Sequence record: MF360958.1
Length of the DNA stretch: 64,000 nucleotides
Direction: 5' to 3' (one strand)
This document shows, one piece after another, positions 39,103 to 47,960 of this stretch (positions are counted from its first letter, which is position 1; every line of letters begins with the position of its first letter). Under the pieces are notes generated by a model, which saw only the letters and a list, made by a program, of their open reading frames with translations, was not told where the DNA came from and made no database searches. A program made the translations under genes and the position numbers.

Positions 39103-39203
39103 GGGTGTTGACGAGGACATTATTTATAGATATAATGTTTACAGAATTTGAGGAAAAGCCCTCAAAGACACCTAAACTAAAATTGTACAGGAGATTGAAA
39201 ATG
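39103..39203 (+). promoter_or_regulatory. early promoter plus 5' leader module, copy 1
   Basis: TTGACG(39108)-17 nt-TATAAT(39131), hairpin TTTGAGG/CCTCAAA, AGGAG RBS; about 90% identical to 47861-47960. Confidence 0.9.
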
Positions 39204-39482
39204 ACTAACGAAACTACTACTCAAACCCAAACCGCTACTCGTCGTGGTCGTCCGCTGTCCACCAAGGGCCGTAAGGCACGTAATGCAGTACTGAAAGCTC
39301 TGAACAGCGAGCAAGGTGCTCAAGGCGTCACTGCTAAGGACATTGCACGTCAAGGTAAGATGAGTGCTACAGCGGTGCGTAACCGCCTCAATGCACTGGA
39401 ACGTGCTGGTGAAGTGGTTAAGGTCGGTGTACGCAACACTGATGGTCGTGGCCGTCCTCAAGCTGTCTACGTCAAAGCATAA
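39201..39482 (+). CDS. winged-helix DNA-binding protein with two RGRP (AT-hook-like) motifs
   Basis: RRGRP...TAKDIARQGKMSATAVRNRLNALERAGEV...GRGRPQAVY; GC-rich relative to the window. Confidence 0.8.
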   Translation: MTNETTTQTQTATRRGRPLSTKGRKARNAVLKALNSEQGAQGVTAKDIARQGKMSATAVRNRLNALERAGEVVKVGVRNTDGRGRPQAVYVKA

Positions 39483-39528
39483 AGGGATCTCCTTCCCCGG
39501 TTGGCGTGTGATGATGTAGACAGTCCAG

Positions 39529-39554
39529 AAAGCCCCTCGAACGAGGGGCTTTTT
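39529..39554. terminator. bidirectional intrinsic terminator
   Basis: AAAGCCCCTC-GAAC-GAGGGGCTTTTT. Confidence 0.9.
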
Positions 39555-39557
39555 ATA

Positions 39558-40025
39558 TTATGTCCAAAAACCCGCATCAACTGTACCGGGATCAACAGCT
39601 ATACCCCATATACGATCATTGTTGGTTTCATATTTCCATAACTCATTGCCTGTACTATCTAATTTCCGTACTGTGTTATCTCTGCTACCACTATAAACAT
39701 TACCATTTTGATCCACCGCTACTGATTCAACACTACTAGTATGTTTGCTAAAGACCCATAATTCGCTACCTGAACTATCTATTTTTCGTACTGTATTGTC
39801 ATCAGAACCACTATAAACATTACCTTCGATATCTACTGCTAATGCTCTAACACTATCAGTATGATTACTAAAGGCCCATAATTCGTTACCTAAACTATCT
39901 ATTTTATAGACCGAATTATTGTCATATCCTGTTGCATACACATTAGGATTCTCAATAATATTACTAGGTGCTTTTTTCACTTTAAATTGTCCCCTAAATG
40001 GTATACCATTCATTTTTAGTCCCAT
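39558..40025 (-). CDS. small beta-propeller (WD40/PQQ-like) repeat protein
   Basis: Three about 40-aa repeats VYSGSxDNTVRK[IL]DSxG[NS]ELWxF...VAVD; AATAAATA at 40054-40061 (minus). Confidence 0.85.
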   Translation of the reverse strand: MGLKMNGIPFRGQFKVKKAPSNIIENPNVYATGYDNNSVYKIDSLGNELWAFSNHTDSVRALAVDIEGNVYSGSDDNTVRKIDSSGSELWVFSKHTSSVESVAVDQNGNVYSGSRDNTVRKLDSTGNELWKYETNNDRIWGIAVDPGTVDAGFWT

Positions 40026-40260
40026 TTTAAATTTTCTCCTTATTCTTTATTAATATTTATTAAGATTATCAAATATATGAATAGGTAAGTAATTATACTA
40101 AACGGGTAACTACTTATATATTTTCTTTCATTATTACCCTAAAATACCACCATATCAGTTATAAATACTGATACATTCCTAATGATTTTCTTTCATTATT
40201 AATTAAGCGTAATTTTATTTAAAACAGTAATTCAACTGTCAACGGGGGAGGTATTATCTT

Positions 40261-40392
40261 ATGAGTATCGCAACATTAATGATCGTTATAGCAGGATGCG
40301 GATTAGCTATTGGAACAACTTGGTTAGTAAGTCCTATTATCAAAAAATCTATTGACGTTATTCAAAATACTAATGGTTCAGCGAAACAATAA
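40261..40392 (+). CDS. 43-aa single-pass membrane peptide
   Basis: Hand translation MSIATLMIVIAGCGLAIGTTWLVSPIIKKSIDVIQNTNGSAKQ; GGGGAGG RBS; TATAAATA at 40160-40167. Confidence 0.65.
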   Translation: MSIATLMIVIAGCGLAIGTTWLVSPIIKKSIDVIQNTNGSAKQ

Positions 40393-40445
40393 AACTATTG
40401 ACACAATAATTAAGTATGATAAATATAATTATCGGAGGTAGTATT

Positions 40446-40685
40446 ATGTCAATAAAAAGTGTTTTCACACTTGCAAAAGATTTTTTAAATTCAATTCAAA
40501 TGCCTGATTATCAAAATCAGCAGTTTTGGGAAATAGATGATAAATGGTTTGAAAAGACTTGCAATCATCCTGAACATTTCCCACCAAGTCATATCATGAT
40601 TCCAAAAGGTATGAATCATAAACATGTGTGTCCGGGATGTGGTGAGGCAAAATATATTCGAAACAATAATGATATAACATATTAA
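40446..40685 (+). CDS. small zinc-ribbon protein
   Basis: CNHPEHFPP...HVCPGCG; GGAGG RBS. Confidence 0.7.
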   Translation: MSIKSVFTLAKDFLNSIQMPDYQNQQFWEIDDKWFEKTCNHPEHFPPSHIMIPKGMNHKHVCPGCGEAKYIRNNNDITY

Positions 40686-40707
40686 AAAAGCGCCTTTTGG
40701 CGCTTTT

Positions 40708-42096
40708 TTATTCATCGTCTTCTACGAAATCAACCTTCAATTTAAGTTTATTAAGCATGGAATTAAATTCCGTATAATTTAACAGTTGGTTCAACGGTTC
40801 TTCATTATAAACATAATCTAAATTATTTTGATAGTTGTTATTAGTCAACCATTTTTCAATCATATTCGCAATATTATCAATACTAAATGGACAAGGAACC
40901 GAAGTATGTTTTTTAGTATTATATCCATCCCAATTTAGAAAAGGGCGAACAAAGAAATGATTGATGAATTCAAGATGTGATTCATTAATACAATTTATAT
41001 CTAATGCATTGTTTAGACATTTAAAAAAATCGTTTTCGATATAATCATTATCTATACAGAATAGATCACGATACAGTAGAATATAATTCATGGCATTAAT
41101 AATTATCTTAGGCGTAGGGTTATTCATAGTATACCTGCCAAATGAATTATACCTGTTTTTAAAATAATAAGCATGAAAGTTTGAAATCATTTGTTTAATA
41201 AAAAGGTATTTTAATTCACCAACATTAACGTTGTTCAGCGCGGATCTATATAAATTATTACGCTTGTGTCTGAATGTTACAGGACAAAAATAATGTTCGT
41301 AAAGTTGCTTACAATATTCATTGGGTTTATATAGAAGATAAATATCTTCTGGATATTCCCCATAGCTCATCCAATTGAAAGTCGTATTTTCATTATTCAC
41401 AAGAATTAAACAGTTATTGACTATATGCCTAGCAATCGCTAAATCATTGTGATTGAAATCCTGTATGTATTTTTCATTTAGTTTAACTAAAAATTGCCTG
41501 AAGTGCTTAGCAGTAATTATTACTTTTGGAGAATAGTAGTGTGGTTCTTCATTACTGTAATTTTTATTAAACACCCGCAGTTCGTTTAACAGACTCAACG
41601 ATGTTAAGAAATCAGGTTTCATCAAATAATTGTTAAAGCAAAAAGGTAATAATTCATTATCTTCTGTGAGTTTATATTTCATTGTGGCGCTGAGCTTATC
41701 AATACAAATTTGAACATTATCACTTACATACCAGAAACTATGATTTTTATGATTATCTTTTTCGAACTGTTTGTAGAAATCTGCATTCTTTATAACTTGT
41801 TCATTAAATTCACAACTTTTAGGAAGCTTATAGTGTGTTAATTCATTTTTTGAATTTTTAATTTGTGCTACAATAGCACTCATAATACGATCATCTGTCC
41901 AAAATTCTTGATCAAATTCTAATTCTTTAGCAATAAATCGTGCTTCACTAATCATTGCATTCATTTCACTTGAATCACAATGTGGAAGAAGAATAATGTC
42001 ATAAAAAGATTGTTTCTTTACTTCATCAATAAACATTTCAAATTCAGATTCACTACATGGTTCTCCCATGTAAAAGATATGGCTTCGGTTGGTCAT
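40708..42096 (-). CDS. hypothetical protein
   Basis: 462 aa; ends MLNKLKLKVDFVEDDE. Confidence 0.75.
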   Translation of the reverse strand: MTNRSHIFYMGEPCSESEFEMFIDEVKKQSFYDIILLPHCDSSEMNAMISEARFIAKELEFDQEFWTDDRIMSAIVAQIKNSKNELTHYKLPKSCEFNEQVIKNADFYKQFEKDNHKNHSFWYVSDNVQICIDKLSATMKYKLTEDNELLPFCFNNYLMKPDFLTSLSLLNELRVFNKNYSNEEPHYYSPKVIITAKHFRQFLVKLNEKYIQDFNHNDLAIARHIVNNCLILVNNENTTFNWMSYGEYPEDIYLLYKPNEYCKQLYEHYFCPVTFRHKRNNLYRSALNNVNVGELKYLFIKQMISNFHAYYFKNRYNSFGRYTMNNPTPKIIINAMNYILLYRDLFCIDNDYIENDFFKCLNNALDINCINESHLEFINHFFVRPFLNWDGYNTKKHTSVPCPFSIDNIANMIEKWLTNNNYQNNLDYVYNEEPLNQLLNYTEFNSMLNKLKLKVDFVEDDE

Positions 42097-42216
42097 AAAT
42101 TAACCTCTTATTATAATAGGCGTATCGTATCATGTTATAAACCTGTATTCAAATAAACTTGACATAGGTTCAAAAATTGTGTCAATATATGACCAAAATA
42201 ATTATAGGAAAAAATA

Positions 42217-42756
42217 ATGACAAAAAACGTACAACGATGGATCACATCTGACCTCCATTTTTACCACAAGAATATCTTGAAACTGTCTCCTAAAACGAGA
42301 GGGCATTTTAATGATATTCATGATATGAATGAATTTTTTATTGAGCATTGGAACAACACCGTAGGCCCTGATGATATCATTTATTATCTAGGAGACTTTT
42401 GTTTTGGATCTAAAAAACGATGTAGGAAATTACTGAATCGCCTCAATGGTCGAATTTATTTTATTTTAGGAAATCATGATCTCGCACATATGAATGTTTT
42501 AAAAGAACAATGCGAATCAGTAAGTTTTTACATGACGTTTATGTATATGAATACACGCATTGTCCTTTTTCATCACCCAATTCATTATTGGCATAGTATG
42601 GAACATGGTTCTATACATCTATTCGGTCACCTTCATGGGGAGTATCATCCTGAAGGTCGTTGTATTGATGTAGGATATGATAATCTTGGAGCTATTATTG
42701 ACTTCGATTATTTGGTAGAATTTATACTCAACGAGCCTATTATCGACAGACGCTAA
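42217..42756 (+). CDS. calcineurin-like metallophosphoesterase
   Basis: TSDLHF, LGDF, GNHD, FHHPI, GHLH. Confidence 0.9.
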   Translation: MTKNVQRWITSDLHFYHKNILKLSPKTRGHFNDIHDMNEFFIEHWNNTVGPDDIIYYLGDFCFGSKKRCRKLLNRLNGRIYFILGNHDLAHMNVLKEQCESVSFYMTFMYMNTRIVLFHHPIHYWHSMEHGSIHLFGHLHGEYHPEGRCIDVGYDNLGAIIDFDYLVEFILNEPIIDRR

Positions 42757-42774
42757 TTTAAAGAGTAACTAGTA

Positions 42775-43563
42775 ATGAAAAATTATACGATTAATGAATT
42801 ATTTGATGATCCTGATTTAATAGCAGAAATTGATAATCCTAGCGAGCAACAACAACTTGCTGCGGTATATGCAAATCCTAGAACTTTGTTTTTAATCAAA
42901 GATCCACCAGATAGTGTGACGTATTCAGCCGTTGATAAAGATGGATCTATTATCTCCGAAATAGAAAACCCGCCGTTTCGCTGTCAACTTTCTGCGATTC
43001 GTCAAGATCCGACATATTTTCTATTGATTGATAATCCTCATGAGCTTATTAAAGAAGAAATTGTTTCAGAACATGATCACGGGATAGGATGGATTAAAAA
43101 TCCATCTAAAAAATTAAAGTTGAAAGCAGTAGAAAAAAATCATAGAGCATTGAAGTATATTAAAGATGCGGATTATGATATACAATATTATGCAATAGCG
43201 CATAACGGCTTTGCTATTAAATACTGTGATAATCCTTCAGAAGAATTACAATTTATTGCTATTCGAGATCGTGTTGAAAGTATACATTATATTCAAAATC
43301 CTACGTATAATGTCATTTATGAATGTGTACAAAATTATCCTGATTATCTTCACACAACGGGTCTTGGTGCATTAGTTAGACAAAAAATCGATGAAGATAT
43401 TCTTTTAGCAGCTATTGAAGCGTCATGGTATGCAGATTGCGTTTTTTATGATAAAATGATGTTTCATTTTGGTAGTAATATAACTGACCAAGACTACTTT
43501 TATAGAGAAATCAAAAAGTTAAAAGTAAAATATGGTCCTATGAATTGCACTATGAAAATTTGA
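42775..43563 (+). CDS. NPS-repeat paralog family protein
   Basis: About nine NPS/NPP repeats; C-terminal KKLKVKYGPM. Confidence 0.8.
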   Translation: MKNYTINELFDDPDLIAEIDNPSEQQQLAAVYANPRTLFLIKDPPDSVTYSAVDKDGSIISEIENPPFRCQLSAIRQDPTYFLLIDNPHELIKEEIVSEHDHGIGWIKNPSKKLKLKAVEKNHRALKYIKDADYDIQYYAIAHNGFAIKYCDNPSEELQFIAIRDRVESIHYIQNPTYNVIYECVQNYPDYLHTTGLGALVRQKIDEDILLAAIEASWYADCVFYDKMMFHFGSNITDQDYFYREIKKLKVKYGPMNCTMKI

Positions 43564-43574
43564 GGTTAAAACTA

Positions 43575-44036
43575 ATGAAAAAATTACTTATTATTGTCCT
43601 AATAATGTTGCCCAATATTGTTTATGCTGAATTTAATCTTTCAGCAGGATCTTGGGTGGAAGATAAAAAAGAAACCTTTAATTTATCATTAGGCGCGTGG
43701 TCAAAACATGTTCTAAGCAATGATATTTCTAATGAAACTCATAATATGATAGCAGTACAAAAAAGCAGAATAATGGGTGGTTATTTTAAAAATAGTCATG
43801 GAAATGATACGTTTTTTATTAATTATTATAGAGAATTTGAAATAACAAAAAATATAGAACCATTTGTAACATTTGGCCTGATGTATGGTTATACAGAATG
43901 CTTTGGAGAAGATAATAGCTCAAAAGATGTTTGCCCTATGGGTGTTATTGGTGTATCATATACAAAATTTCGCATTGAGCCTACTTTATATTTATTAGGT
44001 GATGCGATTAGTTTTGGTCCACGAATTAAATTTTAG
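43575..44036 (+). CDS. putative outer-membrane beta-barrel protein
   Basis: Signal peptide, alternating beta-strand pattern, GAWSKH...NETH...GYFKNSH, terminal Phe. Confidence 0.55.
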   Translation: MKKLLIIVLIMLPNIVYAEFNLSAGSWVEDKKETFNLSLGAWSKHVLSNDISNETHNMIAVQKSRIMGGYFKNSHGNDTFFINYYREFEITKNIEPFVTFGLMYGYTECFGEDNSSKDVCPMGVIGVSYTKFRIEPTLYLLGDAISFGPRIKF

Positions 44037-44044
44037 GAGGAAAA

Positions 44045-44698
44045 ATGGCACATAAATCGCAATGTTTTTTAAAATGTAAAACCGGTCAATGTGTTTGTCA
44101 TCATTATTCTTCAATGAATAATTTTTTAAAAACTGTTGAACAGCGGTTTTCTCAACCAATAGTGACGTATATGGAAGATCGTTTTGAACAAGAGCAAAAT
44201 GGTAATTATGATCAAAAAGAACGCTTTTTTCAATCGAACAAACAATTCAATAAATCTTTTCAAGGTGCTTCTTTAATTTCTTCAGAAATGTTTGATCAGC
44301 AACTGAAAATGGTTAAGCTTAATATAAATATGCGGTTTTTGTTAAAAAATGCACATAACAGTGATAGTTATTCTGCATTAGCACGTTATTTTGCACAATA
44401 TGCATTCTATGCACAAAAGATCAATCGTATGGGTAAAAATTCTTCCCATAACTTTATCATTGACTTCACAAAGAATAGTGAATTTTTAACATATAACTAT
44501 TTTGATTTTCTTTTCAGTACTATTGAAGGAATGCATGAGATGATTAAACAACGTATGACGATTCATCCTGAACAATATGTTAGATATCAAAACGATCCAT
44601 CTATTTATCTTGATATGGATAAAGATAAAGTTAAAAATGTTTATAAAACTGAATTAGCGGATTTGAAAGATAAAGATAAACAACCAATTAAAAACTAA
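44045..44698 (+). CDS. hypothetical protein
   Basis: AGGAGG RBS; N-terminal Cys cluster. Confidence 0.75.
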   Translation: MAHKSQCFLKCKTGQCVCHHYSSMNNFLKTVEQRFSQPIVTYMEDRFEQEQNGNYDQKERFFQSNKQFNKSFQGASLISSEMFDQQLKMVKLNINMRFLLKNAHNSDSYSALARYFAQYAFYAQKINRMGKNSSHNFIIDFTKNSEFLTYNYFDFLFSTIEGMHEMIKQRMTIHPEQYVRYQNDPSIYLDMDKDKVKNVYKTELADLKDKDKQPIKN

Positions 44699-44699
44699 T

Positions 44700-45101
44700 A
44701 TGGTTACGTTAACAAATAATCGCATAATGAAAATTAATCAAATGACAGATGATGAAAAAATTCAATATATTTTTACTCATAATAGAGTAAGCCTTGTTGA
44801 GTACATCACAGAACCATCTCAATACTTTCAAATGGAAATTGTTAAAAGGATGCCTTCATTGGTTATTTTTTTACAAGATCCTATTGAAGAAGTTCAAATT
44901 TATGCTGTAAAGGAGAATGGATTCATTTTAGAGTATATTGAAGAACCTAGCGATAATGTTCAGTTAGAAGCATTAAAACATAAATGGATTGATAAAATTT
45001 ATCATCATATCCTAAAGAATTGCAAACAAGAAAATAAAAAATTCTTTAATAAAGAACTTAATAAATTAAAACTATTAAATGGTGCTCTTAGAGAAATATA
45101 A
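44700..45101 (+). CDS. NPS-repeat paralog family protein
   Basis: IEEPSDNVQLEAL repeats; C-terminal NKLKLLNGA. Confidence 0.8.
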   Translation: MVTLTNNRIMKINQMTDDEKIQYIFTHNRVSLVEYITEPSQYFQMEIVKRMPSLVIFLQDPIEEVQIYAVKENGFILEYIEEPSDNVQLEALKHKWIDKIYHHILKNCKQENKKFFNKELNKLKLLNGALREI

Positions 45102-45104
45102 AAT

Positions 45105-45815
45105 ATGTTAACTATTGATGAAATTAAAGATATTGAAAATAATCCAGAAAAACTTAAATCATTTGATGATGACAAGTTAAAAGTTTGTATTCTTAATGCT
45201 CCCCAATTATTTCCATTAATGGAAAATCCTTCTTATGATGTATGTGTTTTTGCTGTTGTTACTTATCCTTATCTTATAAAAGAGATCTCTAATCCTAGTA
45301 TAAAATTAATAGAAGAATGCGTGATAAATTCACCATTATCACTTCAATTTTTTACAGAAGATCAAATTAATAATATTAATCATGATGTTTTGCTAAGAGC
45401 TGTTGAAAAAAGAGATAATACTATAAGACATATCCCAAATCCTAGTAAAGAACTCCAAATGCTTTCTGTTGAAAGTAAAGGAACTAATATTTCATATATT
45501 GATAATCCATATGAGGACGTTTGTATACAAGCAGTTAAAACATCACCAGTTAGTATTCGATATATTAAAAATCCATCCAGAGATGCTAAATTATTAGCCG
45601 TAAAATTATCAGGCGTTGCATTACAATTTATTGATTTTCCTGATGATGAAATGCAAATTGAAGCTCTTAAAAGTCATTGGTTTGAAGAATTTTACTATGA
45701 AATTTTAGAAAATTGTATAAGAACAGATCCTGAAGGTTTCTTTAAATCTGTTAAAAAATTAAAACTGGAAAAAGGACCAATGAAATCCTATGTAGATTTT
45801 GAAGATGATGATTAA
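45105..45815 (+). CDS. NPS-repeat paralog family protein
   Basis: IPNPSKELQMLSV repeats; C-terminal KKLKLEKGPM. Confidence 0.8.
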   Translation: MLTIDEIKDIENNPEKLKSFDDDKLKVCILNAPQLFPLMENPSYDVCVFAVVTYPYLIKEISNPSIKLIEECVINSPLSLQFFTEDQINNINHDVLLRAVEKRDNTIRHIPNPSKELQMLSVESKGTNISYIDNPYEDVCIQAVKTSPVSIRYIKNPSRDAKLLAVKLSGVALQFIDFPDDEMQIEALKSHWFEEFYYEILENCIRTDPEGFFKSVKKLKLEKGPMKSYVDFEDDD

Positions 45816-45878
45816 AGATTGAAATAACGTAACGAACTGTGTATACTATTTAACTCATAATCGAAAGGAGAGATTAAT

Positions 45879-46307
45879 ATGAATGCTAAAATTGTTCTAT
45901 CCATTATTGGTGTTATCGTATCAGTTGCGGTAATTCTGAGCGCAACGTGGCTTGTACGATATTACACAGCAGAGCCTAAAGGTGTTGTTAAAACTGAAGA
46001 ACAACTCCAAAGTGCTCAAAGTCGAATCAGCCGTTATGAACGGTTCTTTGATCTTTGTACGACTGTTCAATCACAAAAAGCAGCCCTCCAAGCTCAAAAA
46101 GAGCGACTGGATACAGCAACTAATGAGGATACGAAAGAACGTATTCATGCTAATATTGCTGGACTTAAAGCACAGCTTCAACGCACTGTATCTATGTATA
46201 ATAATGATAGTAATACTTATACGTCTGGACAATTTAAAGACAGTAAACTTCCAGTTCGCCTTTCAGTAGATGGACAAACACAATGTATTGTTGATTATCG
46301 CCAATAA
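45879..46307 (+). CDS. membrane-anchored coiled-coil protein
   Basis: N-terminal TM helix, then a coiled-coil-like region; AAAGGAG RBS. Confidence 0.75.
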   Translation: MNAKIVLSIIGVIVSVAVILSATWLVRYYTAEPKGVVKTEEQLQSAQSRISRYERFFDLCTTVQSQKAALQAQKERLDTATNEDTKERIHANIAGLKAQLQRTVSMYNNDSNTYTSGQFKDSKLPVRLSVDGQTQCIVDYRQ

Positions 46308-46376
46308 TTCATATATAATAGACTTTGTTTTGAGAAACTAAACTAGAAACTAACCCACAAACTAGAGGATTAAACT

Positions 46377-46904
46377 ATGAAAAAATTTAAAACTATTGTG
46401 ACAATGATGATCATCGCTATGGCTCTTGTCGTTGCGGGTTGTAATAAAGATACAACTTCAGAAAAACAGGAAGAAGTACGTGATGATGTTCTTACCCGAG
46501 CAAACAATGCTGAGCCTCCGTATAAGCCTAGTAATTTCCTTGTACGTCAATATGTCAATGAATATATGAAACGGCTGGATAACCCTAATAAAACTTGGTA
46601 TATCTATCTACTTGGAGATAACGGTAACCATATTGGTTATTATGTTGCACGTAGTCATCCTGTGAATATTTGTACATTCCTAACGCCTCCTGACAAAATT
46701 GAAGGTATGGGTGATAGTCGTAGGGTACGTAAAGCACCCGCTCTTGATGGAGCATACTATGGTGGTGGTGCTTGTAATAAAGAATATTTCTTCACAGCAA
46801 GTACTGATGCTCTTATGTCTGTGCCTACACATATGAAGAAAATTGTTTCAGATCAACCTCTGGAAATTGATGTGGAACAAATTAAAGTACAGATCCAGAA
46901 GTAA
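46377..46904 (+). CDS. lipoprotein
   Basis: Lipobox VVAG-C after a hydrophobic signal. Confidence 0.8.
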   Translation: MKKFKTIVTMMIIAMALVVAGCNKDTTSEKQEEVRDDVLTRANNAEPPYKPSNFLVRQYVNEYMKRLDNPNKTWYIYLLGDNGNHIGYYVARSHPVNICTFLTPPDKIEGMGDSRRVRKAPALDGAYYGGGACNKEYFFTASTDALMSVPTHMKKIVSDQPLEIDVEQIKVQIQK

Positions 46905-46917
46905 AAGAGTAAACTTT

Positions 46918-46950
46918 AAAAACTTGGGCATAAATCATGCCCAAGTTTTT
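46918..46950 (+). terminator. intrinsic terminator
   Basis: AAAAACTTGGGCAT-AAATC-ATGCCCAAGTTTTT. Confidence 0.8.
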
Positions 46951-46968
46951 ACTATTAAGGGATGTATA

Positions 46969-47688
46969 ATGTTTAAAAAAATACTTTATTTTCATTTTAT
47001 GGTAGTTATTGGGTGTTGTCCAAAAATTCTAAAATTGTTTAAACAACCACTCAGTGATGAACTACAACTCTATCTTATTAAAAAGTGTTCTTTTACTATC
47101 AAATATATGAAAGCACCATGTAGTGCTGTGCAATGGTATATTTTTAATCAATTAGATATAAATCATCTCTATTATATTGATAATGTGGATGAAGATTTAC
47201 AAGAACATTTGGTTAATATTGACTATTCATTAATTAAATATATAAAATATCCAAAAGAAGAACTTCAAATAAAAGTTTTAGAACAAACAATTACTAATCT
47301 TTGTTTTATAAACTATCCTTGTTTTAAAGCTCAAGAATTAGTAATGAATATTTATCCGGCTTTTTTATCCATTATTAGTGAAAAAGTACGTTATGAAGAA
47401 ATCGAACTAATGGCTGTTAGAAAAGATGGCAACCTATTATGTTGTTGTAGTTTTCAAACATCTAAAATATGCCGCGAAGCTGTTAATAATACTGGCTATG
47501 CATATTATTATATTAAACATCCAACTCAAGAAGAAGCATTATTAGCATTATCTAATTGTTGGGAAAAAAATCTATACCATAAAGTTGTTGAAGATATGTT
47601 TAATCATGAATCCAAGATACCGAGTGTATGGTTTAAACGCGAATTCAACAAGCTGAAACTTAAAAATGGAGCATTTGATAATGAGTAA
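46969..47688 (+). CDS. NPS-repeat paralog family protein (divergent)
   Basis: IKYPKEELQIKVL repeats; C-terminal NKLKLKNGA; start moved to ATG 46969. Confidence 0.75.
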   Translation: MFKKILYFHFMVVIGCCPKILKLFKQPLSDELQLYLIKKCSFTIKYMKAPCSAVQWYIFNQLDINHLYYIDNVDEDLQEHLVNIDYSLIKYIKYPKEELQIKVLEQTITNLCFINYPCFKAQELVMNIYPAFLSIISEKVRYEEIELMAVRKDGNLLCCCSFQTSKICREAVNNTGYAYYYIKHPTQEEALLALSNCWEKNLYHKVVEDMFNHESKIPSVWFKREFNKLKLKNGAFDNE

Positions 47689-47846
47689 AAAAAGAACTGA
47701 TAAAGATTCCCATCATTGGTTAGACATATTAAAAAAACCTCAATAAAAGTATTCAATATTTGATAACTAAATTCAGACCACACTTTGAGTATTTTCATCA
47801 TGAATTTAAGAAGCTTAAACTAAAAGACAGCATTAATATTGAGTGA
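47681..47846 (+). pseudogene. truncated, frameshifted remnant of the NPS family
   Basis: MSKKRTDKDSHHWLDILKKPQ-stop; shifted frame SIQYL...YFHHEFKKLKLKDS. Confidence 0.55.
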
Positions 47847-47860
47847 GAAATTTTTATAGT

Positions 47861-47960
47861 GGGTGTTGACGAAGGTATTATATATAGATATAATGTTTAC
47901 AGAATTTGAGGGAAAACTCTCAAAACATCTAAACTAAAATTGTATAGGAGATTGAAAATG
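47861..47960 (+). promoter_or_regulatory. early promoter plus 5' leader module, copy 2
   Basis: TTGACG(47866)-17 nt-TATAAT(47889), hairpin TTTGAGGG/CTCTCAAA, AGGAG RBS. Confidence 0.9.

Noticed and set aside
39105-39200. N-terminal extensions in the ORF track (39105, 47940, 4929-5759, 46843)
   Set aside because: They run through promoter or terminator sequence; downstream ATGs have clear RBSs
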